A stretch of DNA of 64,000 nucleotides from a virus (taxonomy: Duplodnaviria; Caudoviricetes), in IMG/VR virus record IMGVR_UViG_3300027917_000018, positions 128,001-192,000 of that record. One strand, written 5' to 3'. The notes under the pieces were generated by a model, which was given only the letters and a program-made list of their open reading frames with translations, was not told the DNA's origin and did no database searches. Below are positions 27,261 to 37,348 of this stretch, piece after piece. Position 1 is the stretch's first letter. The number at the start of each line of letters is the position of its first letter. Position numbers and translations under genes: made by a program.

Positions 27261-29316
27261 GCCTCGTCGGCTGTCCCGGCAGCAGCGGATCGATCGCGTT
27301 TTGGAGCTTGGTTTCGCGGGCGAGGACGTTGACAAGCTGTTGGAGGCGCTGAACGAGACCGAGCGCGAATGGCTTTGGGACGAGCTGGCCACGCTCAAGC
27401 GCACCGAGTCCGTTAAGGAGAAGGAATCCAAGCGCTTTGACTTTCTCCACAACCCACCGTTGATGGAACAGTACATCAACGACGACTATTACCTGGGAAA
27501 AACGCTGCGGCCCAGCGAGGAGAACATCGGCATCTACCCGCGCTGGGCGCAGGTCCTGACCAGGGATTTCAACATCGATTCCAGGATTCATAACGCCGTG
27601 ATCACGGGATCGCTTGGTATCGGCAAAACCTGGATCATGGTGGCGATCCTGCTCTACCGAATCACGGTCACCACGCTGCTGCGTAACCCGCAGAACTTCT
27701 TCGGCCTGGCCCGTGGCTCGAACATCATCTACAACATTCTGTCGGTCACACGAGAAACCGTGCGGCAGACCGCCTTTGGGGATGCCATCAACTTCATGAC
27801 GGCCAGCCCCTATTTCCTGGAGGAGCTGCGCTTTGACCCGGAGATGGAGTACTCCAAGTCAATCGTCCCGTTCCGCAACAACATCTTCCTGACGGCGGGT
27901 TCCAAGGGGTGGCACGTCTTAGGACGGAACGTCCTGGGCGTGGGCCTGGACGAGGGGAACTTCCGTTTGGAGCAGGACCCGGATGAGCGAGCCTACTCGC
28001 TTTACGATCAGGTGCGGACCCGTATCAGCAACCGGTTTCAGAAGATCGAGGGCTTTCTGCCCGCCATTTCGCTGATCGCTTCCTCGGCAAGTGACGAGTC
28101 ATCGTTTACGGAAACGGTTATCAAGGACATTGAAAAGGCTGGCAGCCCGTCGACCCAGGCCGTTTACCGGGAGCCCGTTTACAGAATCAAGCGGCACGAG
28201 CTGAAACTGGGCAAGCGCTGGTTTCGAGTCTCCTACGGGCTTAAGAATCAGGAGCCGTCGATCATGCGCGGCTGGTACTTCGAGAATGGCGAGCCGATTC
28301 CCGAGGAAGGGCCGCACGAGGACCCGCCCAAGGGAGCCAAAACAGAGCTGGTGCCGGAGATGTACTTCGCAGACTTTCGGCGCAATCCTCGGGTAAATCT
28401 TCAGTCGGTTTCAGGCATTTCGACCGGTGGCAGCCACCGGTTGTTCTCCTCAATGATCGATGTGGAGCGCTGCATCGAGATTTCGGAAATGGAGGGCGTA
28501 GTCAACCCCGTCAAGGGCCAGCAGCGTCTTTTGCCCATTTCGGTAGAGGACAACCTGAACCTGTGGGACTACATGGTTCATTCGACCTTCCTGACCCGCG
28601 TTCAGTCGAAGGTTCAGCCCAAGCGGCACCCGAACCGGCTGCGCTACGTTCATTTGGACTTGGCCACGGTCAGCAAGGCAGGCATCTCGGTCTGCCACTT
28701 GGTTGGCGGCAAAAAGGTCGAAGGCGTGATCCGGGACGGCGAGCCTTTCGACGAGTACCGCCTGATTGTCGAGTACGACTTCATCCTTACGATCTGCGCA
28801 GGGCAGGTCAAAGGCATCAATTTCGACAAGATTTGCCGATTTTTCTTCTGGCTCCGGGACATGTGCGGCTTCCGCTTCGGGCTGATCACCGCAGACTGGT
28901 TTCAGTCGGAAATGCCTCTGCAAACGCTTGAGGCTGCTGGCTTTAAGGTCGACAAGCAGTCGTTGGATAAGGACAAGGCGGCCTACACCGCCTGGCGGAC
29001 CGGATTTGAGGACTTGCGAATCCGGCTCTATCGCCAGGATGAGATGCTGGATGAGGCGGAGCAGTTGATGGAAGGTGACAAGAAGTTTGACCATCCGGCA
29101 ACCGGCTCGAAGGACACAACCGACGCCTGCGCCGGAGCCTACTTTAACGCCGTCAACAGCGACGAGCGCACGACCTTGCTGACTCAGGCTGTGCCGAGTA
29201 TCCACGGCTACACCACCGAGGAGGCGCTGGCTTTGCAAGCCGGTGGCCAGGCCATCATGGAGATTCCGCTACCGTCGAGAACCTATCGAACCGTCAAGGA
29301 GCACCGGCTGAAGTAA
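27229..29316 (+). CDS. terL: Terminase large subunit
   Basis: Walker A ITGSLGIGKT, Walker B GVGLDEGN, RNase H-like nuclease YVHLDLA, ITADWFQS, DHPATGSKDTTDACAG. Confidence 0.88.
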   Translation: MASSNTSTRSKPRRLSRQQRIDRVLELGFAGEDVDKLLEALNETEREWLWDELATLKRTESVKEKESKRFDFLHNPPLMEQYINDDYYLGKTLRPSEENIGIYPRWAQVLTRDFNIDSRIHNAVITGSLGIGKTWIMVAILLYRITVTTLLRNPQNFFGLARGSNIIYNILSVTRETVRQTAFGDAINFMTASPYFLEELRFDPEMEYSKSIVPFRNNIFLTAGSKGWHVLGRNVLGVGLDEGNFRLEQDPDERAYSLYDQVRTRISNRFQKIEGFLPAISLIASSASDESSFTETVIKDIEKAGSPSTQAVYREPVYRIKRHELKLGKRWFRVSYGLKNQEPSIMRGWYFENGEPIPEEGPHEDPPKGAKTELVPEMYFADFRRNPRVNLQSVSGISTGGSHRLFSSMIDVERCIEISEMEGVVNPVKGQQRLLPISVEDNLNLWDYMVHSTFLTRVQSKVQPKRHPNRLRYVHLDLATVSKAGISVCHLVGGKKVEGVIRDGEPFDEYRLIVEYDFILTICAGQVKGINFDKICRFFFWLRDMCGFRFGLITADWFQSEMPLQTLEAAGFKVDKQSLDKDKAAYTAWRTGFEDLRIRLYRQDEMLDEAEQLMEGDKKFDHPATGSKDTTDACAGAYFNAVNSDERTTLLTQAVPSIHGYTTEEALALQAGGQAIMEIPLPSRTYRTVKEHRLK

Positions 29317-29323
29317 TTAAGGT

Positions 29324-29653
29324 ATGGCTGACCGCGTACAGCTTCCACCTTATTCGATGTGGGCCAAGACTCCCGCCTATCCGGCGACGGCGGACGGGCA
29401 GAACATCGTCGTGTTCGGGATGTTGCAGGACGTGATCGTGCCCGACCCGACGGATGTAACCTACAAGGTGCCGGTGGGAGCGCGCTACCGCCTCGATTTG
29501 ATTTCGCAGAGCTTTTACGGCGTTCCCGATCTGTGGTGGGTGATTGCGCGTGTAAACGGAATTCTCGATCCGGTGGTCGGAGCCACGCCGGGTGCGACTA
29601 TCCGAGTGCCCACTAAGGCTCGGTTGGCCAGGGAAGGTCTGTTGAGCGTCTGA
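29324..29653 (+). CDS. Baseplate wedge protein (T4 gp53-like/LysM-like)
   Basis: RYRLDLISQSFYGVPDLWWVIARVNGILDP...IRVP. Confidence 0.75.
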   Translation: MADRVQLPPYSMWAKTPAYPATADGQNIVVFGMLQDVIVPDPTDVTYKVPVGARYRLDLISQSFYGVPDLWWVIARVNGILDPVVGATPGATIRVPTKARLAREGLLSV

Positions 29654-29669
29654 GCCAGGAGCAAGCGAT

Positions 29670-30149
29670 ATGGGATTACTGACTGAGAACAAGCTGAAAT
29701 CGGTTATCGAGCTGCCCATTGCCCTGCCCGCCACGAAGGTCAGGCAGGGCGACTGGCTGATCGCCGCCAGCGTTAAAATCAGCGGTCAGCAGCGGCTATC
29801 GATCCGCCACATGACATTCCAGTTGTCGGAGGCGAATGTGGATGTGGGCGACATCGAGCCTGGCAATAAGGTCATCCCGAACCTGGGGCTGGCCTACGTC
29901 GTTCTGCGCAAGGACTACGTCTCGGGTGTTCCGGGCGGCAGTGGTGCGCTCGATTCACTTTATCTCGACGATATTGGCTCCACGACAACGAGCACCGTAT
30001 CGGCGCTCTACAGCGAGGCCGGAACGTACTCGATTCTCGTGGCCAACAACATGCAAGCTGTTTCGGGCGTGACAATTCCGACGAGCACGTCGATCGATTT
30101 CACGCTGGTTCTAACCGGACACATTCGCCTGGAGCTGATCGGTGCCTGA
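29670..30149 (+). CDS. Putative virion protein, paralog of 30996 ORF
   Basis: LPIALPATKV...AGTYSILVANN...LTGHIRLE. Confidence 0.6.
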   Translation: MGLLTENKLKSVIELPIALPATKVRQGDWLIAASVKISGQQRLSIRHMTFQLSEANVDVGDIEPGNKVIPNLGLAYVVLRKDYVSGVPGGSGALDSLYLDDIGSTTTSTVSALYSEAGTYSILVANNMQAVSGVTIPTSTSIDFTLVLTGHIRLELIGA

Positions 30150-30999
30150 TCGACCCGTCAAAGCTTTCCTGAGCCGGGCGCATTACAGCGCCGAGCTTTG
30201 GGCGTTCACCGAACATGAGCTGTCCGGCGACAATGCCAGGCGATGCCAGCGGGACGGCCAATTCTTTTACGAGCGGTTGGGCGGTGAGCCCCTGCGTGTC
30301 ACTCGCGGTGGCGGGGTGCCGGGCGCAACGGGCCAAGATCAGAAAGCGGTTCAAGAGTTCGACAACGCAATGCGGGCTCTTTATCGCGGGCGTTCTCAGG
30401 GCCAGGAGATTCAGGGGCCGGTGTTGGTTAAGGCTTACGATGACCCCAACAACCTGGCCGAAAATGAAATGGATGAGCTAGCCACTGAATGGCGCTGGGT
30501 AAAGGCCACGCATGACGGTCGGTTCATTGGCTGGTACGCCGCCGAATCCGACCCACGAGCTTTCTTCAGCAAGTTTTCGCGGGAGCGCGTCGCCGAGCAT
30601 GTTCAGAAGAATTTGGAAGGCTGGGGATGGACGCAGCAGTACGATCTGATCACCGTTCGCTACGACTTTCCGGGGCTTTTTATCAACTGGCGCGGTGATG
30701 GTGCCCAAGCCCACGCCAGGATTAAGCTCAAGATCAAACCTCCAGCGGTATTTCGGGATTTGTTTGTGAAGCAGACCGTCATCGGAATTGGGGACGTGGA
30801 CCAGGTCTACATTCAGCTGATCGACGTGGACCAGGCTCTTCCGCCGATTGGGGCTTGGACCAAGACCTTCTGCACCAACCCCGAAAAGGACGTGCCGACA
30901 TACGAGCAGGCCCGGTCCGCCTTCGAGATGCTGAGACGCCAACTGGAAATGCGTGCCATCAACAAAGGCCAGATGATTTTTGGATGGGGACAAGCATGA
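30142..30999 (+). CDS. Hypothetical protein
   Basis: 285-aa ORF within structural run. Confidence 0.6.
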   Translation: MPDRPVKAFLSRAHYSAELWAFTEHELSGDNARRCQRDGQFFYERLGGEPLRVTRGGGVPGATGQDQKAVQEFDNAMRALYRGRSQGQEIQGPVLVKAYDDPNNLAENEMDELATEWRWVKATHDGRFIGWYAAESDPRAFFSKFSRERVAEHVQKNLEGWGWTQQYDLITVRYDFPGLFINWRGDGAQAHARIKLKIKPPAVFRDLFVKQTVIGIGDVDQVYIQLIDVDQALPPIGAWTKTFCTNPEKDVPTYEQARSAFEMLRRQLEMRAINKGQMIFGWGQA

Positions 31000-31415
31000 G
31001 CCGATACGTTTCAGAGAGCTATTTCGAGACGGTGCGGACGCTACCGGTTGCGCTGGCGCAAACGGAGCTGAAGCGCGAGAACTCGCTTGTGATCTGTCGG
31101 CTGCCGCTGGCGTTGAACCAGACGCTGGAGCTTCGGTCTCTGACACTGCACATTATCAAAATCTTAACCCCAGGGGTGAAGCCTTTCAGCGAGGTCACCG
31201 TCAACGGGATCGCCAGCGTCGGCCTTCAGTTTGCTGGAATGGCCACCGGCATGATTGGCTCGGTCAACCTGGAGAATGTTGGGTCGGCGACCTGGAATCC
31301 CTACGAGCCGGTGTTGATCACGGCTCCGGGCACTTATCAGGTAACCGTCCGAAACCACACGAACAACGTGGACATGGCCATTGCCGTGACCGGCAGCGTG
31401 AAGATTTTCAGTTGA
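30996..31415 (+). CDS. Putative virion protein, paralog of 29670 ORF
   Basis: LPVALAQTEL...PGTYQVTVRNH...VTGSVKIF; ATG 30996 overlaps upstream stop. Confidence 0.6.
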   Translation: MSRYVSESYFETVRTLPVALAQTELKRENSLVICRLPLALNQTLELRSLTLHIIKILTPGVKPFSEVTVNGIASVGLQFAGMATGMIGSVNLENVGSATWNPYEPVLITAPGTYQVTVRNHTNNVDMAIAVTGSVKIFS

Positions 31416-31416
31416 T

Positions 31417-34191
31417 ATGCCAGCGCCCTATCCACCAGTACCGTCACAGCTCGAAGCCGCCCTGCTGGTTGTCCTGCGGGATTCGGTGACCTGGGAATCC
31501 GCGTTGGCTCCGATGGATTCATCGGGAACCTATTCGGGCACGCTTACTGAGCCCGGTAGCACCGGCCCGTTCAATGCCCTGGAGTACCAGCGGCGGGACC
31601 GGGAGCTGGCGTGGCTGGACACCCGCAACGCAGCTGCCGTGGTCGAGGTCAGTCTGGAAGTGGCGGACGTGTGGAATGCCTCTGCGCTCCGCCCGATCAT
31701 GCAGGGGCCGCAAATCGGCCACATCACCTACAACGAGCAAGCGTCTGCGCAGGGGCTGCTCAGCAAGGTGGTCCACGTCACCAACGCCTCCGTTCCCAGG
31801 GATGCGCTCAGCACGGACAAAGACCTAGTAGGGCGTGATCTGCTCGTTTACGAGACCCTTTACAACGCCTGCGCAAATCTCTTTGTGCCGCCGCCCATCA
31901 CCAGCAGCGGCTCGGAAATCCCCGGCGTGACGGCCTGGGCGACCGGGTACGGCTCGGCGCAGCGCAAAGACATCAGTACAGCGCTGCCGCTTGGACGCGG
32001 CCTGTTTGAGGACCCGGACAAAAACCTGACCGACCGGGACAACCAGCTTGCCGGGTACGTGGCGCAGCTCTGCGTGCTTCTTCGCGATCCGTTTGCCTAC
32101 GCCAATCGGGTCTACATGGCCGTTTACGGTGCCGACAGCCGCGAGGTCGAAACTTACAGCCTGGTCGAGCCCGTATTCGTGGCGGGCTACTCGTATCGGG
32201 AGGGCGACGAAATCTACTACGAGGGCACGATCTATCGGGTCAAGGCGGGTGTCGGCAGCACGACGGACGTGCCCTGGACGAGCCCGTGGGCCTGGGAAAC
32301 GGTTTCCGAGCCCAACCAGCGCATCTGGATCGCGCCGCCCTACCTGGCCGGGCGCAACCGCCTGGTCTACGACGTGGCCGAGCGCACGCTCCAGTGGATT
32401 CCCGAAGGAGGAACAGCGGTTCACGTGCCGCAGCTGGTTGCCCTGTCGATTCCGGGCGTTTTCTCGGGGCAGACGTTGGCTACTTTGGCCCAGGTGCCGG
32501 AGCGCAAGGACGGCCAATACTGGAGGCAGAAGGCGGGCCGCATTATTCCCAGTGGCGGCACGCTGACCGATAGTCTGTCGATCGAGAATACGGCCAGCTT
32601 CCAGGTTCAAGGCTTTACGATTCAGAACACAGGCGCGTCGATGACCGTGCCAGGTCAGGGCACCGTCAATTTCTTCGACGACAGTAACGCCCAGGCGAAC
32701 GTCGGCTATGCCAGCGTCAAAGTCGCGGCTATGGTCCAGCCCAATTCGACCGTGGAGATGCCCGGCGGCCAGAACGTCGAGGGTGTTTACGGCACGCTGG
32801 GCGGCGTTACGTTCGGTGCTCCGAGCAAGGTTTCCTACGACATCGGGCTTCCGGCGACGCAGTGGACCGTGGAGTTCGACTACACCAATTTGAGCGGTAG
32901 CACGAGCGGCTTCAAGATCAAGGCCGACCTGGACGGTGCGTTGGTCTTCGACGACACCACGCCATTTTACTTCAACGATCAGGACGGCTTTCCGCTTACC
33001 AACGGCGAGCTAGTGACCAGCCGCCCGTTTGTAATTCAGCCAACGGGAGGCAAGCAAAGCTTCGGCGTCGAATGGACGGGCGGTGGCGGGGACCTGCACA
33101 TCCGCAACATTCGGTTCCGCAGCGACGCGACCACCGAGGGCCGCTACCGCATGCTTGGCACGATGGCCGGATCGGTTTCGGTCTGTGACGTTCACGGGGT
33201 CGACGGCGTTTACGACGTGGTCAGTTGGGACTTCCAGGTTATCGAGACTACCCCGGCCACGATGCTGCTCAATTACGAGAAGGACCCGGAGCTGCCGATT
33301 CGGTTCCTGCGCTTTGACGTGGCCACCTTCGGCACGGCAAGTCCGACGCCCAATGTCGCAGGTTTCGAGCGATACCGTAACGACTGCCTGACGCGGGCGA
33401 TGACCAGCGCCCAGCAGTCCTTTAATGAAAACATGGCCCTGGCCGTCGAAAGCGGCACGATCCCAGCCTTCATGTCCACGGGCAGCGTGTGGGATACAGC
33501 CGCTTCGGAGCGGTGGATGGCCTTCATGGAATCGGCGGAGCCGCGCCTGCGCGAGTTGGAGCCTGTCACCGAGATTGTCGAAAATCGGCAGTACGTCGTG
33601 TCCACGGGCTCAGTGGTTTATCAAGGTCAGAGCTACGGGGTGGGAGAAACTTTCTACGGAGCGGGAACCTCATGGTTCTACTTCGCCAGCCAAGGCACAC
33701 TGACCCAGGTCGGAGCCTGGCGCAGGCCGCGATCCACTAGCATCGGGCGGCCCGCCATTGTTCCGGCGGGCGTATATTGGGACAGCAACGGCGGAACGGT
33801 CGCGGTGGCTAACGGGCCAGAAATGACTTATCCGCAATTGGCGTCGCTTCAGCCCTGGATGATTTGGGCTGGATTTTACGTTTCCCAGTTCGAGTTTTAC
33901 CTGCCGCTTCCGTCGTACCGTCAGCCGCCCAAGATTTACCCACCGCCGGGGCCTCCGGGTGGCTATATCGAGGGATTCGCTGGATTCAGCGACACGTTCG
34001 AGGGCAACGACACGGGTGCCGAGACGCTTATCGGCGGCAGTGGTTGGGACGGAAACTGGGCCGCGATCGAAAATATCTACCAGTCCCATGTCATCGCGAC
34101 GGACGACATGGCCTACGCCCACGGTACGCCGCTGGGCAGCATGAGCAGCGCCGAAGGGCTGTCGTCCTCGGGGCCAACCGCATACCCATAA
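31417..34191 (+). CDS. Large putative baseplate/tail virion protein
   Basis: 924 aa, beta-rich, in structural cluster; C-terminal FSDTFEG..GSGWDGNW resembles the 16078 ORF. Confidence 0.65.
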   Translation: MPAPYPPVPSQLEAALLVVLRDSVTWESALAPMDSSGTYSGTLTEPGSTGPFNALEYQRRDRELAWLDTRNAAAVVEVSLEVADVWNASALRPIMQGPQIGHITYNEQASAQGLLSKVVHVTNASVPRDALSTDKDLVGRDLLVYETLYNACANLFVPPPITSSGSEIPGVTAWATGYGSAQRKDISTALPLGRGLFEDPDKNLTDRDNQLAGYVAQLCVLLRDPFAYANRVYMAVYGADSREVETYSLVEPVFVAGYSYREGDEIYYEGTIYRVKAGVGSTTDVPWTSPWAWETVSEPNQRIWIAPPYLAGRNRLVYDVAERTLQWIPEGGTAVHVPQLVALSIPGVFSGQTLATLAQVPERKDGQYWRQKAGRIIPSGGTLTDSLSIENTASFQVQGFTIQNTGASMTVPGQGTVNFFDDSNAQANVGYASVKVAAMVQPNSTVEMPGGQNVEGVYGTLGGVTFGAPSKVSYDIGLPATQWTVEFDYTNLSGSTSGFKIKADLDGALVFDDTTPFYFNDQDGFPLTNGELVTSRPFVIQPTGGKQSFGVEWTGGGGDLHIRNIRFRSDATTEGRYRMLGTMAGSVSVCDVHGVDGVYDVVSWDFQVIETTPATMLLNYEKDPELPIRFLRFDVATFGTASPTPNVAGFERYRNDCLTRAMTSAQQSFNENMALAVESGTIPAFMSTGSVWDTAASERWMAFMESAEPRLRELEPVTEIVENRQYVVSTGSVVYQGQSYGVGETFYGAGTSWFYFASQGTLTQVGAWRRPRSTSIGRPAIVPAGVYWDSNGGTVAVANGPEMTYPQLASLQPWMIWAGFYVSQFEFYLPLPSYRQPPKIYPPPGPPGGYIEGFAGFSDTFEGNDTGAETLIGGSGWDGNWAAIENIYQSHVIATDDMAYAHGTPLGSMSSAEGLSSSGPTAYP

Positions 34192-34192
34192 T

Positions 34193-34972
34193 ATGTCTAG
34201 CAGCCTCATCTGGAAGCGCGAAGTCGGCAGCAAAGTGGTCGCCGAGGGACCGACGCGCAAGTACCTCAAGCTGTCTCAGGCCGCTGTCACCCGCACGATT
34301 GGCAGTGACCATTACCCGTTCAACGAGCTGTGGATGGCTGTGCTCTGGACGTGGGCACCGGCAAGGAATCTTGAAACCTTGGGTCCCAGCACCAGCCAAG
34401 CCTACCTGCGAAATTCCGCCAATGCGCCGTTCCAGTTTCTGTTTGGCCTCATGTCCGGCACGAACTCGCACTGGAACAACGCGTCCACGAACCATTACCT
34501 TGGCATCCAAGTTCAGACTTCCGGGTCTGGTCAAATCTCTCAGGCCACAAGCGCTGCCAGCCATTTTTATTGGACGCCCGCCATTACGGTTTACAAGGTC
34601 GAAAACAGTGTCCCAGCCTACATCTCCTCCGTCACCAATTACATCAACTGTGAGCCAGCAAGACGAACGCTTATCTTCTTACGGTTTGTCAAATCGACGC
34701 CCTGGACGTTCAGCGTGGTCGGCCCGTGGGGCTTCGGTTCCTACCAGGACAACGACTACACCGAGGCCAATATCAAGGCGGTCCTGGAGGAGCCGGACTG
34801 GACAACGCTTAATGCCGCCCTCACGGGCACTTACGGCCTAGTCGCTGCCGTCAATTCAACAGTCAGCATCAACGAAGCAACGTACGGCAACCTGGATTCG
34901 GTGGTGCTTGGGTGCCATTCCTGGACAATGTCTATGGAAGTGGATGTGATCGCTGGAATTAAGAAGTCATAA
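34193..34972 (+). CDS. Paralog family member 3
   Basis: FNELWMAVLW ... INEATYGNLDSVVL. Confidence 0.65.
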   Translation: MSSSLIWKREVGSKVVAEGPTRKYLKLSQAAVTRTIGSDHYPFNELWMAVLWTWAPARNLETLGPSTSQAYLRNSANAPFQFLFGLMSGTNSHWNNASTNHYLGIQVQTSGSGQISQATSAASHFYWTPAITVYKVENSVPAYISSVTNYINCEPARRTLIFLRFVKSTPWTFSVVGPWGFGSYQDNDYTEANIKAVLEEPDWTTLNAALTGTYGLVAAVNSTVSINEATYGNLDSVVLGCHSWTMSMEVDVIAGIKKS

Positions 34973-35799
34973 TGGCCACTCAATTTGAACAAGCTACGTT
35001 CGGCTTTGAAACTCGTGGCGTGATTCGCCTGGAGAGCGGCAAGGGCTTTAAGTGGCTGCTTGACCCAGTTCCGAGCTGGGAGGCGCTGGCGGTTACGGTT
35101 CCGGTGGCGATTACCGGCGGACCCACCACGGGCAACATGACCGGTTGCAGATTTGGCGTGGGCTTCAGCAATTACGCGGGAGACCAGTTCAACGAGGCCA
35201 CGCCGCGCTTCGGTTTTGGCATGACCACGGGCGTCAGCGCGCAAACGCTTACCGGGCTTACCAACCCCAGCACCTACCCGACGACAAGCGCCAATTACGG
35301 ATGGACCTGGACAGCCTGGGCAACGCGGTTCCAGAACGGAGCGGTCGTTGACGGCATTGGCGGCGGCAGCGTTCACATGGGAAATTACGACATTGGCTTC
35401 GCCTACGACGCCAATTCTTACCCGTCAGCGACCGCGCTGGCCATGACAGTGAATAAGGCTGGTGGAACAACCTGGCAGGCAAGCTGGGGCTACAAGTACA
35501 GCTACGCGGGCGACGTTCCAGACTCGGCCAGAAAAAGCGAGCTGACGTGTTTTGAAAAGAACGCGAGCTACAGCTTCTCAGCTTGGACGAATCAAAACGG
35601 GCAGATGTATCGGTACGGGATTTACGACATTGGTTCGACCGGCTACGCGGGAAACAACTCATCCGCTTCGTTCGCGAGCACCGACGAAGCTACTTACGGC
35701 CCTCTGAACGCGATTTGGGCGTACTGGATTTCCGCTAGCCACCCCGGTTCGGCTATGCTGGTGGGAAGGCCGGTAGTTATGATGCTGGAGCACGCATGA
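34972..35799 (+). CDS. Paralog family member 4
   Basis: WEALAVTV, TPRFGFGM ... TDEATYGPLNAIWAYW. Confidence 0.65.
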   Translation: MATQFEQATFGFETRGVIRLESGKGFKWLLDPVPSWEALAVTVPVAITGGPTTGNMTGCRFGVGFSNYAGDQFNEATPRFGFGMTTGVSAQTLTGLTNPSTYPTTSANYGWTWTAWATRFQNGAVVDGIGGGSVHMGNYDIGFAYDANSYPSATALAMTVNKAGGTTWQASWGYKYSYAGDVPDSARKSELTCFEKNASYSFSAWTNQNGQMYRYGIYDIGSTGYAGNNSSASFASTDEATYGPLNAIWAYWISASHPGSAMLVGRPVVMMLEHA

Positions 35800-36440
35800 A
35801 GATCAGGCACGCTATTTTGGGACTGGTCCTGGCCGCCTCAGTTTGCGTCGGCCAGGTCTTCGCAGCGGACGACCGAAAAGTCACGGTTGCCTGGGACCCT
35901 AGCGACACGGGGCCGCCGGTCGCCGGTACCGGCGGCGACGGGGTCATCGGAACCTTCATCTACTTGGGCCAATGGACGAATAAGGTCGACGTTTACGGAT
36001 TGCGTAAGATCGATGTGCCCTACGCGGAGACCAACGGCGTCTGGACCGAGGTCAGCCGTTGCACGATCACCAACTTGTCGGACACCATGGTTTACGCGGC
36101 CTACTGCACGGCGTACAACACCCACGGGCTTGAGAGCGACAATTCAAACACGATCCGCTGGGAGTACCGGGAAACGCGGCCCGGTGTGCCGCTGACCTTC
36201 GACATGTCCCTCCTCTCGACGAACTGGGTGACCTACACCAACGCGACGGCTCCCTGGTGCGTGACGACCAATGGTCAGATGCTGACGTTTACGCCGCCGC
36301 CCAAGCTCCAGGGCAAGGAAATGGTGCGCATGACGGCGACGGAGACCAATCTTCAGGAAGGCAGGGTCGGCCTCTATACCGGAATCACGATCACCAATCG
36401 CGACAACTTCTTCGTGTCGGGCATCCAGATCGTGCCCTAG
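35796..36440 (+). CDS. Secreted FN3-like, Thr-Asn-rich protein
   Basis: Signal peptide; VTVAWDP ... YAAYCTAYNTHGLESDNSN similar to the 4276 ORF. Confidence 0.65.
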   Translation: MKIRHAILGLVLAASVCVGQVFAADDRKVTVAWDPSDTGPPVAGTGGDGVIGTFIYLGQWTNKVDVYGLRKIDVPYAETNGVWTEVSRCTITNLSDTMVYAAYCTAYNTHGLESDNSNTIRWEYRETRPGVPLTFDMSLLSTNWVTYTNATAPWCVTTNGQMLTFTPPPKLQGKEMVRMTATETNLQEGRVGLYTGITITNRDNFFVSGIQIVP

Positions 36441-36793
36441 CGGGACTGCTGCGTCCGGTAGACTTCGTTGACCTGCCAGACCTCGGGGTTCCAGCCACGG
36501 AAGGTCCAGGTGTCGCTGCCGATCAGCGCTCCAGTCTCGCGTTCGTGGGCGGTGATCGTCACCACGATGCGCTCCTCCAAAAGGCGCGGCGTGACGGGGA
36601 CCTGCTGACCGGGCTCCAGTTTCTTGGCGATGGCGACGCCATCCTGGAGGACGCGCAGGTCGTACGGGGTGTTGTTCAGAACCCACTGGCGGGGATTGAC
36701 GTTGAGCCAGCTGAGCTTATTGCAATCGCCGTTGTTGTAAACGGTCGTGCAACCGGTCAGGGCCAAGAGCAGGATGCAGAGGGCTTTCTTCAT
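36437..36793 (-). CDS. Lipoprotein
   Basis: MKKALCILLLALTG-C; ATGA overlap at 36793. Confidence 0.65.
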   Translation of the reverse strand: MKKALCILLLALTGCTTVYNNGDCNKLSWLNVNPRQWVLNNTPYDLRVLQDGVAIAKKLEPGQQVPVTPRLLEERIVVTITAHERETGALIGSDTWTFRGWNPEVWQVNEVYRTQQSR

Positions 36794-37044
36794 TTCTTTC
36801 TCCATTCGTGCTGGTCTTTGGGGATGTCTTCGTAGTGGACCGTGCGGATTACCGGCCAAATGGTAGCCTGCAAAAGTGATTCCTGGGCCTCGGCGATGTC
36901 GATGCGCTTGGGCTCAAGGCTGGCGAAGCCTGGCTTATGTGCCGTGAGGACCTTGATCGCCCGCTCCAACAGGCGCTGGGCGTGCTTGCCGTAGAGCAGC
37001 TGGTCGGTCGATCCCTGGATGATGATTCGGGCGCGGTATCTCAT
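36790..37044 (-). CDS. Small hypothetical protein
   Basis: ATGA-coupled member of minus-strand run. Confidence 0.55.
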   Translation of the reverse strand: MRYRARIIIQGSTDQLLYGKHAQRLLERAIKVLTAHKPGFASLEPKRIDIAEAQESLLQATIWPVIRTVHYEDIPKDQHEWRKK

Positions 37045-37229
37045 GCGTCCTCCACGACGGGGTATTTGCGCGTGTCTTGCGGGCTGGCCGGGCCTTCGTC
37101 GACCCAGCCGATGCCGACGTACTGCATCACCCTGCCGCGCATGATGACCTTTGAGTGCTTGGTCTCGTTGCGCCCGTCGCACATCGCGATGATTGAGCAG
37201 TCGCGGGCCTTGACGGTTTTCCTTTTCAT
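37041..37229 (-). CDS. Small hypothetical protein
   Basis: ATGA-coupled; MQYVGIGWVDEG. Confidence 0.55.
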   Translation of the reverse strand: MKRKTVKARDCSIIAMCDGRNETKHSKVIMRGRVMQYVGIGWVDEGPASPQDTRKYPVVEDA

Positions 37230-37348
37230 GACAGGGCTATGTAGGCGCGGTAGCGCCGCTGGTATTTGCGTGTGAAGGGCCGCAAGTGGCACTGCTGGTC
37301 AGCCAGCCACAGGGTCAGCGCACGGAAGTAGCGTTCTTTTCGGTTCAT
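37226..37348 (-). CDS. Very small basic protein
   Basis: 40 aa, ATGA-coupled both sides. Confidence 0.4.
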   Translation of the reverse strand: MNRKERYFRALTLWLADQQCHLRPFTRKYQRRYRAYIALS

